From contig CAXBNM010000001.1 of NCBI GenBank assembly GCA_963976885.1, positions 1 to 58,339 of the forward strand: a DNA stretch of 58,339 nt, given 5' to 3'. Every line of letters starts with the position of its first letter. The stretch's first letter is position 1. The notes under the pieces are model-generated. The model was not told where the DNA came from. It did not search any database and saw nothing but the letters and a program-made list of their open reading frames with translations. Source of the DNA: an uncultured Burkholderiaceae bacterium (GTDB taxonomy: Bacteria; Pseudomonadota; Gammaproteobacteria; Burkholderiales; Burkholderiaceae_E). Shown piece by piece: positions 1 to 7,459 of the stretch. The position numbers and the translations under genes were made by a program.

Positions 1-502
1 CCGACGGTTCGGTTGAGTGATTTAGGTCGTTTGCTCCGGGTGTGCTGGAAAGATCTGGTTGAGGTCCGCTGGGTAACTGCAGAACGAACACTAGGGTCTC
101 AGTTAACAGTTGACAATGACTGCAAGATGGCTTGGGTCAAACGGGCTAACCAACTAGCCCAGTTACTCTTCGGTATCACTCCGTCACGGACTGTTTCGTC
201 CATTGGGGCAACGATAGGCGCTAATTGCCACATGTAGAAATACCCAATTGCCGGTAGTGAGGGTATTCTTTGCCATATTATGAAATTTTGGTACTGGCTG
301 GATTGGTGCCCTCGGTTTTGCAAATTTACATTTGTTTGCAATTGTTGACTCCTTCCGGTGGCCGTTGCAGCGTGATTGGCGCGGATTTTCGGTAACTGGG
401 GGCTGTCATGCCGGGAACGCGGGATGGGCAGCTCTGACCCATTGGCCGACACTGCGGGGATACCAAAAACAGGCGACTGCGCCTGATAAAGAGAGAAACT
501 CC

Positions 503-3500
503 ATGCCGACTTCATTGCCCATCGATCGCTATGGCCTGCTTGGTGCCGCCGCCCTCAGTCTCGCCCTTGCCGCCTGTGGCGGCGGGGGTGGCGGCGGATC
601 CAGTGTGGCCGGCGGGGGCGGCGTGACGCCGGGCCAGGGGAGTGGTTGTACCGTTGAGGTCAAGTCCGGGTTTTCCGGGGCCGGTCCGATCGATGCCAAT
701 GGCCTGGAGGGCGAGGGTGAGGGCGGCGACGGCGGCGACGGCGGCGGCGGCGGTGATGGTGGCGACGGCGGCGGTGATGGTGGCGACGGCGGTGGTATTG
801 GTGCTGGCGGCAGTCTGGGCCAGTTTCGCGATACCGTCGTTGAGGTTCGCGACCCCACCAACGGTACGGTGCTGGGCACCGGTATTACCGACAGCGTCAA
901 GGGGATGGTGACTCTGACGCCGTGTGATCGGAATGGCGCGCTTGAAGTGGCGTTCATCGGTGGCAACGGGGCCACTTACTTTGACGAGGCCCGCAAGGCC
1001 TTCGTGCCTTTTCCCGCCGGCCGCGAACTGCGTGTGCGTGTTTCGAAGGCAACCCAGGATTTCATCGGCATCACGCCGTATACCGAAGCGGCAACCAGTC
1101 TGAGTCAGGAGGGCGAGTCGGCGGGCAGCGTGAGTCTGAAGACAATCAGTCAGGATATTGACGAATCGAATCAGAAGATTGCCAGCATTCTGGCCGACCA
1201 GTTGCCCGGCGTATATCGCTCCTCCACCGCCGACGGTCGCTTCGAAATCACCGGTCTGCCCGTGGTGCTGAATGAACAGAACGTCGATCAGCCCGGCACG
1301 CTGACCGATAACAATCGCGGCCGTTACGGGGCCGCCAATGCTGGCTTGGCGGTGCTGGCAGGTACTTTCCTGGCCGACGATCCGACCCCGGCCCTGACCG
1401 TTGCCGGCCAACTGGGGCGCGATCTGACCGATGGCAAGCTCGACATGGTCGATGCCAATGGTTGTTCGATGGTCAGTGGCTCAGCGGCCAACGGATCATG
1501 CGCGGACGATGCCGGCGATATCGCCTACACCTATGAAACCCTGTGGCGGGCCAAGACCGTTGCAACCAGCGTGGCGAGCCAGCAGGCCGGTGATCAGTCG
1601 CTGGCGGCCAAGAATGCGTTCGTGGCGGTGTATCGGATGGCGGCCAAGCGCAGCTATGAGTCTTGCGCGTTTCCGCGCGGCGCGGGCATCTGTGATCCCT
1701 TGCTGCGTGTGACAACTGCCGCGCAGACGGTCAGACTCGATTCGCGCGGGCGGCTGACCTTGTCGCGCACCATGACGGCGCCCTTTGGCGACCAGCTGCG
1801 CTTCATTACGGCCACGGTCGAAGACCTTGAGGTGGCGGGCGAATATGTCGAGGTCAAAGTGGGCTCGCGCGGCGAAGTGATTGCATTGAGCCGGGACCGC
1901 AGTGCCTTCATGTATATCGATCCGTTGCAGGTTTATCTGGTGACGGGCGAAGAGCCGATGACCGGTGATGGCCTGAATCTGGTGAACAATGTGCTGGACA
2001 CGACGATTCGCACCGTGCAGTCCCGTCGCATTGCGGTGATCGCGCCTGGCGTCACCAATGCGCGGGTTGCCAGCTTCACGCCCAGTCCGGCCGCTCGCCG
2101 TTTTCTTGATGAGCCCATCGGGCAGGGGCCGGCTTTTCTTTACCTGCTGCCCAACGGCGCGTTGCGTGGAGTGCGGCCGGGCGCCGCCAGTGGTTCGTTC
2201 GAGGCTCGTTGGGGGGCACCGCAGCAAGTTGCGCTGCCGGCACCGGCGCGGCTGACCACGGTGGTTTATGACAAATTCGCGTTGCCCGCGCATGAGGCCG
2301 CCTATGGGCCGGCTCCGTCCGCCGCTGTCGCCTTGCCCTATGGCGGGCCACGGCGGCTGTACGGGCTGAACCGGTCCGGCAAGGTCATGGCCTGGCTCGA
2401 AGGGGCCAGCGCGCAGGGCCGGGTGCTCGATATTCCGGGGCGCGTCGTACAACTCGTGGCCGAAGCTCGGGCCGGTGCGTTTGCCCTGAACAGCGAGGGC
2501 AAGGTTTACTGGGTCAACGCCGATCAGGCGTTTGCGACCGATGCCGGCCTGGACGGCCGGACCCAGACCGCGTTTGCGCGTCGCTTCGCATTGAACGCGG
2601 TGCAGACGATCTCGTTGCCCGAAAAAATCTGCTGGCTGGCGCGCACCGAAGCGGTGGCCTGCGAAACCGGCAATGTCTATCGCTGGACCGAAAGCCTGGT
2701 CGAGTTTGCGCAGACACCAACCGAGTTCAATGCCTGTGGTGTCGGGTCGGCCGGCGCGATTACCGCTGCAACCGTCGACGTTACCGAGGTTGGCACCGGC
2801 ATCTCGGCGCCGGTGAAGGTCAACCTGGCTACCGATATCGGCCCGGTATGGCGGCTCAATTCGGCCGACGAGTTCGGCTACGAGCGACGCGGGGCGTTTC
2901 GTGAGGTGTGTTCGGTCGATGGCCTTCGTTATCTGGGCGTGAACGGCAAAGAAACCGATCAGGCGGGGGCCGAAGGGCGGCGTTCGATTGCCGACACGAA
3001 AATTACGTTCAATGGTGAAGAGGTTTCGTTCATTACCGGCCGCCAACTGACCACCGCGCTGGAGTCAGCCAATCAGGCGTTTACCAGCAACGGCGGGCCG
3101 GCGACGCTGGCCTCAACCGGTCCGGTGGGCTTTGAGGCTTCGCTGGACATGCGGGCGCAGGCCGGCCAGCAGGTGATCTCGCACCGCACCGTGGTGACCG
3201 AACCCGAGCGTCTGGCGGTCGCCAATGTCATCAATGCCGAGCGCCCGGAGTTGAGCATTTTTGGTCAGTATCAGCGCGCTGACGGGTCGGCGGCACTTGA
3301 CCTGACCAGCGTGCTCGATGAAACCAACAACCGCCAGATCACGCTCACCGGCGAGTTGCGCAGCTGGTCGGATGGCGACAATATTCCTCTTAACGTCGTG
3401 GGTCTGGGCGAATGGCAGGCATCTGATCCGCAGGCCGGTTGCGGGACGGCCTGTACCGATGAGCGCGGTCAGAACCAGTTGTGGCAGGTGCTGATTCTGC

Positions 3501-3694
3501 CCACCAACGATTCGGAAGACGTCTACGGATTCCGATTGTGCTGGCGGATCCGGACCGAACAAGAGGTCACGGCCAACATCCGTTTTGCCTGCACCAAACA
3601 CGACAATGATGGTCAGTACATTGGCGTGTCCATGACCGACCGGGTATTGCGCCGTGATGGTCGGCTGGATCTGGTTGACTTCCTGCACTTCTGA
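503..3694 (+). CDS. Large hypothetical lipoprotein (about 1063 aa) with a Gly/Asp low-complexity linker
   Basis: Long ORF 332..3694. An internal ATG at 503 is preceded by gagaga. The N-terminus MPTSLPIDRYGLLGAAALSLALAAC carries a lipobox (LAAC), followed by poly-Gly and a GGDGGD tract. No catalytic motif recognised. Overlapping antisense ORFs are Arg/Pro-rich shadows. Confidence 0.7.
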   Translation: MPTSLPIDRYGLLGAAALSLALAACGGGGGGGSSVAGGGGVTPGQGSGCTVEVKSGFSGAGPIDANGLEGEGEGGDGGDGGGGGDGGDGGGDGGDGGGIGAGGSLGQFRDTVVEVRDPTNGTVLGTGITDSVKGMVTLTPCDRNGALEVAFIGGNGATYFDEARKAFVPFPAGRELRVRVSKATQDFIGITPYTEAATSLSQEGESAGSVSLKTISQDIDESNQKIASILADQLPGVYRSSTADGRFEITGLPVVLNEQNVDQPGTLTDNNRGRYGAANAGLAVLAGTFLADDPTPALTVAGQLGRDLTDGKLDMVDANGCSMVSGSAANGSCADDAGDIAYTYETLWRAKTVATSVASQQAGDQSLAAKNAFVAVYRMAAKRSYESCAFPRGAGICDPLLRVTTAAQTVRLDSRGRLTLSRTMTAPFGDQLRFITATVEDLEVAGEYVEVKVGSRGEVIALSRDRSAFMYIDPLQVYLVTGEEPMTGDGLNLVNNVLDTTIRTVQSRRIAVIAPGVTNARVASFTPSPAARRFLDEPIGQGPAFLYLLPNGALRGVRPGAASGSFEARWGAPQQVALPAPARLTTVVYDKFALPAHEAAYGPAPSAAVALPYGGPRRLYGLNRSGKVMAWLEGASAQGRVLDIPGRVVQLVAEARAGAFALNSEGKVYWVNADQAFATDAGLDGRTQTAFARRFALNAVQTISLPEKICWLARTEAVACETGNVYRWTESLVEFAQTPTEFNACGVGSAGAITAATVDVTEVGTGISAPVKVNLATDIGPVWRLNSADEFGYERRGAFREVCSVDGLRYLGVNGKETDQAGAEGRRSIADTKITFNGEEVSFITGRQLTTALESANQAFTSNGGPATLASTGPVGFEASLDMRAQAGQQVISHRTVVTEPERLAVANVINAERPELSIFGQYQRADGSAALDLTSVLDETNNRQITLTGELRSWSDGDNIPLNVVGLGEWQASDPQAGCGTACTDERGQNQLWQVLILPTNDSEDVYGFRLCWRIRTEQEVTANIRFACTKHDNDGQYIGVSMTDRVLRRDGRLDLVDFLHF
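709..797 (+). repeat. In-frame GGC/GAC/GGT simple-sequence tract encoding (G/D)n, including a near-perfect 21-nt tandem duplication (752-772 and 773-793)
   Basis: The direct read ggtgatggtggcgacggcggc occurs twice in tandem with one mismatch at the last base, embedded in ggcggcgac repeats. Confidence 0.85.
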
Positions 3695-3713
3695 GCAGGC
3701 CTGAGCCTGAGCC

Positions 3714-3756
3714 GTGCAACACGGGCACCGATCGGGTGCCCGTGTTGCACGTGTTT
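3714..3756 (+). terminator. Putative intrinsic terminator downstream of the lipoprotein gene
   Basis: Perfect 16-bp inverted repeat gtgcaacacgggcacc (3714-3729) / ggtgcccgtgttgcac (3735-3750) with a 5-nt loop, followed by gtgttt. It lies 20 nt after the stop at 3694. The T-tract is short. Confidence 0.6.
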
Positions 3757-3809
3757 GCGGCGCGGCTGATACGGGTTGTGTTTCAATGGAGTCCTTGCAG
3801 GAGGAAGCC

Positions 3810-4235
3810 ATGAAAATCAACCGTCTTAACGATCAGATCAGCGTCAGCCCCCAGATTGCCGCGGCCGATGTTGCCGAAGTCGCTCGCGCTGGTTTCAAAA
3901 CCATCATTTGCAATCGACCCGACAACGAAGCGCCCGATCAGCCGAGCATTGAGCAGATTCGTGCGGCAACCGAGCAGGCCGGACTTACGTTTGTTGAAAT
4001 TGCCTTCACCGGCGGTCGTCAGACGGCTGCCGACGTGCAAGCCTTCGCGCAGGCGCTCGAGGAGCAGGCCGCCCCGGTGCTCGCCTATTGCCGCACGGGC
4101 ACCCGGTCGGCAACCATCTGGGCCATGGCGCAGGCGGCTAAAAGCTCGCCCGATGAGATCATCGCGGCTGCGGCGGGTGCCGGCTACGACCTGGCCCCGA
4201 TGCGGCCGGTGCTGGCAGCATTGGGCAAGAGCTGA
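3810..4235 (+). CDS. TIGR01244/DUF442-family protein (PTP-loop-like, putative sulfurtransferase)
   Basis: ATG at 3810 is preceded by gcaggagga. The product MKINRLNDQISVSPQI...FKTIICNRPDNE...VLAYCRTGTRS matches my recollection of the DUF442 / Blh N-terminal domain family, with a Cys-Arg P-loop. Confidence 0.7.
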   Translation: MKINRLNDQISVSPQIAAADVAEVARAGFKTIICNRPDNEAPDQPSIEQIRAATEQAGLTFVEIAFTGGRQTAADVQAFAQALEEQAAPVLAYCRTGTRSATIWAMAQAAKSSPDEIIAAAAGAGYDLAPMRPVLAALGKS

Positions 4236-4266
4236 AACACGGCAAGAGCTGAGGCACGGCAAGAGC
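4224..4266 (+). repeat. Three direct copies of ggcaagagc at a 17-bp period, spanning the stop codon of the preceding gene
   Basis: ggcaagagctga at 4224-4235 (contains the TGA stop), ggcaagagctga at 4241-4252, and ggcaagagc at 4258-4266. Confidence 0.8.
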
Positions 4267-4286
4267 CGCCTCGGCTTGTGGTGTGG

Positions 4287-7200
4287 TCAGGTTGTGGTGA
4301 GCCGGGCGATGGCGAAGTCGGGAATCCCGATGGGGGATATCGTGACCGGTGTCTGCCGGCCTTCGGTGAGCCGGCTGACTTCCTCCGAAATGAAGAAGTC
4401 CAGGCCCTTGTAGGTAATGCGGCCGGTGCGGGTCAGATCTGCCCGCCCGCTCAGGCCTTCAATGAGTGCTTTGGTAAAGGCGCCATTTCCCCAGGCGTCA
4501 TTTTCTTCGGACAATTGCCGGCCCGAACTGGACGCAAAGACGATGACGCCGTTTTCGGCTGCCGCCAGATTGTTGGCCAGCCGGGCCAGTTCACGACTGG
4601 CGGTCTGGAAGTTGCCCAACGCGTTGCCGGCATAACAGGTATCGACAAAGAACAAGGCCTTGCCGCGCATGCTGCCCAGCGTGTTGCGGATTGACGCTTC
4701 GGGCACGCCGGTGGCGGCCAGTTGCAGATGGTTGCCCTCGTAGGGCATGAAGTAGTACTGGCCATCTGGGGCATTGATGCCGTGACCGGCCATGAACAAC
4801 ATGCCGACATCGTCGGGGCCGACGCTCTGACTGAGCCAATCGAGTGAGGCCAGTACGTTGGCGCGTGTGGCTTGTTCGTTGGTGACCGAGCGGCTCTGCA
4901 CATCGGAGTAATAGCGGCCCTTTTGCGCAATTACTGCCGCGGTGAAGTCGCGCGAGTCTTTGGCGGCCAGGCCAAGCTGGTACTCGGGTTGGCGATATTC
5001 ACTGATGCCGATGGACAGCACGAACAAGCGGGGGCCGGCAGCGGCGCTTGGCGATGGCGGCAGCGTGGGTACGGTTGGCGCCGGCGCATAGGCGCGCGCG
5101 CTGGAGGGGCTGACCGGGCCGCCTTGTGGCGCGCTGGGAGCCGGCGCACTGATGACCGGCATCGATTGCAGGGCGGCGGTGCTGACGGTGTTGGGGCGGG
5201 CGGCGAGCTGAAAGCTCAGCGGCTCGGACACGCCGTATTGATCGCGACCGATCAGTTGAATCAGCGAGCCGGGCGGGGGCGTGGCCACGCTGGCCATGGC
5301 CTGCGCGGTGCCGTCGAAGCGCTGCGGCAGTTGCACGGCCGCGCGTTCGGCCGGACGGCCATTGATGCGCACCTCGATGCTCGCTTCGCCCTCGGCGCGA
5401 ATCGTGAACGGTATCTGCAGGTTGTTGCCGGCCGCTTCCAGCGTGGTCAGGCCGACCGCATTGAGCACGGGCGGAAAGCGAATGGCTTCGATGCTGAGGG
5501 GGCGGGGCGGGCGCAGCGGCGTGACGACGGCGGCCGGTGGTGGTGGCACCGGCGGGATGCTGGCCGGTGGCTTGCTGACCGAGGGCCTGGCCACTGTGCG
5601 TTGCTTGATCTGGGTGCCGAGCAAGGTGTCGATTGCGTCAGGGTCGCTGAATTGATCGCGAAACCGGTTGAGCGAGAAGAAATCGGCCACCGGGGCATCG
5701 GCGCGGTTGACGCTCCAGCCGACATTGCGATCGGCCCCCGCGCTGGCATCGAACTGACCGGTCGGGGTCCAGATCACCCACTGGCCATTGCGCTGCGGCA
5801 TCAGCGCCATCATGGCTTTGCCGTCGCCGGCCTGCCACCAGCGAATGGTGCCATCGGACATGGCGGTGACGATGATCCGGTCGTCGGCGGTCAGGTTGAC
5901 CGCGCGGGCTTCGGCGGCCAGTGGCACGCGCCAGCGTATCGCGCCGTTGTCGGCGATGCGGTACAGCGCCTTGCTGGTGCCAAAGACGGCCTCGTCGCTG
6001 GTGTTGAATGAAGCCAGCGAGCGGCCAACCTCATCGCTGTTGATCTTGATGCTGGCGCCATTGATTTCGGGCCGTGCGGTGTTTTCCCACACGGGCTTGC
6101 TGAAAAATCCGCTCTTGATGGTGGCTGGGCGCAGCGTCTCGGGCAAAGGGCCCAGCGTGAGCAGGCGTTTTTCAAAGTCGAACCAGGCGGGGGTCTGGTC
6201 GTGGTCGAAGTTGAAGCCGATCCGGCCCGAGGTGGCGTCGATTTTCAGATTGCCGGCACCGCGCAAATCGGCCAGCTTGGCGCCGGTGGCGCGCACGCCA
6301 CCGTGGCCGGTGTCCAGCGTGCCCCAGGAGCCGTCATAGCTTGCATAGACGAGGCGGGTGCCATCGATAGGAGCCAGGTCATTGATGGTGTTGGCGGCCA
6401 GGAGTTGTTCGCGCAGCAATTGGCCGGTGCGGGCGTCGTACTCGTAGGCCTGAAACTCGCCGCTGCCTTTGTAGGCCGAGCCAGCGGCAATGATGCGCTG
6501 CCCGTCCGGCGAATAGGCCACGCTCATCAGATTGCCTTCCTTGCGCTCGGGCATCTCGAGGCGCAGTGCTGAGCGGCCGGATTGCAGGTCGAACACTTCG
6601 GGGTCATCGGTATTGCGGCGTGCATCGAAGTAGCCGACAACAAGCCGGTCGGCGGCGGGCGAGAAGGCCACGGCAATGGGCCGGGCACCGCTGGTGCGCA
6701 AGGTGGTGTCGGCGCGCAGACTGCCCAGTTCGATGCGCAAGAGATGAATCTTGCCGTCCATGGAGCTGGCCGCAACGCGACCGTTGGCCGCCACATCCAG
6801 CCCATAGGCGGGGGCCGCAAACTTTTGCTGATAGACCAACTGGCCGTGTGAATCGAAGGCGCGCAGCGCGTTGTCGCCGGCATAGGTGGCCAGCAACAGG
6901 CGGCCGTCGGGCGCGTAGGCGAGATTCTTGATGTCGCCGCCGCGGGCATCGATGGTTTGAATCAGCTGGCCGGTGACGACGGAGAACAGCAGTATTTTGT
7001 GACCGCTTGAACCCTGACCCGTGGTGCCGGCCACCGCCACCAGATTGCTGGTGGGGTGAATGGCGGCGCCATACATACGACCGATTTCGCCGGCGCCAAT
7101 GGCCGGCCGCAGAATCTGTTTCAACTCGCCGGTGGCCAGGTCCCAGATGCGCGCGGTTTTATCGTCAGAGGCGGTCAGCACGATGCCTTTGCGCACCGAT

Positions 7201-7355
7201 ACCGCAATGCGACGTACCGGGCCTGCGTGAGCGCCCAACTCGATCTGAATCTGCGGCGTGCTGGCGGCGGTTTGTGCGTAGCCCGGCGTACCAGTGCCTG
7301 CGGCGATGATGCCGAACAAGACCAGCTGGCTGAGACGACGGATGAATCGGATCAT
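4287..7355 (-). CDS. Secreted WD40/beta-propeller repeat protein with a C-terminal caspase-fold (peptidase C14) domain
   Basis: ORF 4287..7397; the preferred ATG at 7355 gives MIRFIRRLSQLVLFGIIAAGTGTPGYAQ, a signal peptide. WD-like blades are present (e.g. LTASDDKTARIWDLATGE) along with a Pro-rich linker. The C-terminus carries the caspase dyad contexts LFMAGHG (His) and FFVDTCYAG (Cys). Confidence 0.85.
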   Translation of the reverse strand: MIRFIRRLSQLVLFGIIAAGTGTPGYAQTAASTPQIQIELGAHAGPVRRIAVSVRKGIVLTASDDKTARIWDLATGELKQILRPAIGAGEIGRMYGAAIHPTSNLVAVAGTTGQGSSGHKILLFSVVTGQLIQTIDARGGDIKNLAYAPDGRLLLATYAGDNALRAFDSHGQLVYQQKFAAPAYGLDVAANGRVAASSMDGKIHLLRIELGSLRADTTLRTSGARPIAVAFSPAADRLVVGYFDARRNTDDPEVFDLQSGRSALRLEMPERKEGNLMSVAYSPDGQRIIAAGSAYKGSGEFQAYEYDARTGQLLREQLLAANTINDLAPIDGTRLVYASYDGSWGTLDTGHGGVRATGAKLADLRGAGNLKIDATSGRIGFNFDHDQTPAWFDFEKRLLTLGPLPETLRPATIKSGFFSKPVWENTARPEINGASIKINSDEVGRSLASFNTSDEAVFGTSKALYRIADNGAIRWRVPLAAEARAVNLTADDRIIVTAMSDGTIRWWQAGDGKAMMALMPQRNGQWVIWTPTGQFDASAGADRNVGWSVNRADAPVADFFSLNRFRDQFSDPDAIDTLLGTQIKQRTVARPSVSKPPASIPPVPPPPAAVVTPLRPPRPLSIEAIRFPPVLNAVGLTTLEAAGNNLQIPFTIRAEGEASIEVRINGRPAERAAVQLPQRFDGTAQAMASVATPPPGSLIQLIGRDQYGVSEPLSFQLAARPNTVSTAALQSMPVISAPAPSAPQGGPVSPSSARAYAPAPTVPTLPPSPSAAAGPRLFVLSIGISEYRQPEYQLGLAAKDSRDFTAAVIAQKGRYYSDVQSRSVTNEQATRANVLASLDWLSQSVGPDDVGMLFMAGHGINAPDGQYYFMPYEGNHLQLAATGVPEASIRNTLGSMRGKALFFVDTCYAGNALGNFQTASRELARLANNLAAAENGVIVFASSSGRQLSEENDAWGNGAFTKALIEGLSGRADLTRTGRITYKGLDFFISEEVSRLTEGRQTPVTISPIGIPDFAIARLTTT

Positions 7356-7459
7356 GAGACGAGCTTTCACCGGTAGGGCAATCAGTTGGCAGGGCATTGA
7401 AACAATACCGCAATACCGTGAACTGAGTCGGCCGGCGAGCCCGTTCGGTTCAGATTGGC

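Noticed and set aside
280-325. Possible sigma-54 promoter (TGGTGC...TTTGCA) upstream of the lipoprotein gene
   Set aside because: The GG-to-GC spacing is about 15 nt instead of the canonical 12, so it does not fit the -24/-12 geometry.
13-515. ORFs 13..237 (plus strand, 74 aa) and 99..515 (minus strand, 138 aa) as genes
   Set aside because: They are mutually antisense. They have no RBS, no recognisable domains and atypical composition. The region is treated as non-coding (see the finding for 1-502).
709-797. Possible RTX calcium-binding repeats in the GGDGGD tract of the lipoprotein
   Set aside because: The tract does not follow the GGxGxDxUx nonapeptide register and sits right after a lipobox. 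I interpret it as a low-complexity linker.
1496-3046. 516-aa minus-strand ORF antisense to the large lipoprotein gene
   Set aside because: The translation is Arg/Gly/Pro/Ala-rich with no motifs. This is the typical shadow ORF of high-GC DNA, and the opposite-strand ORF has a lipobox and is much longer.
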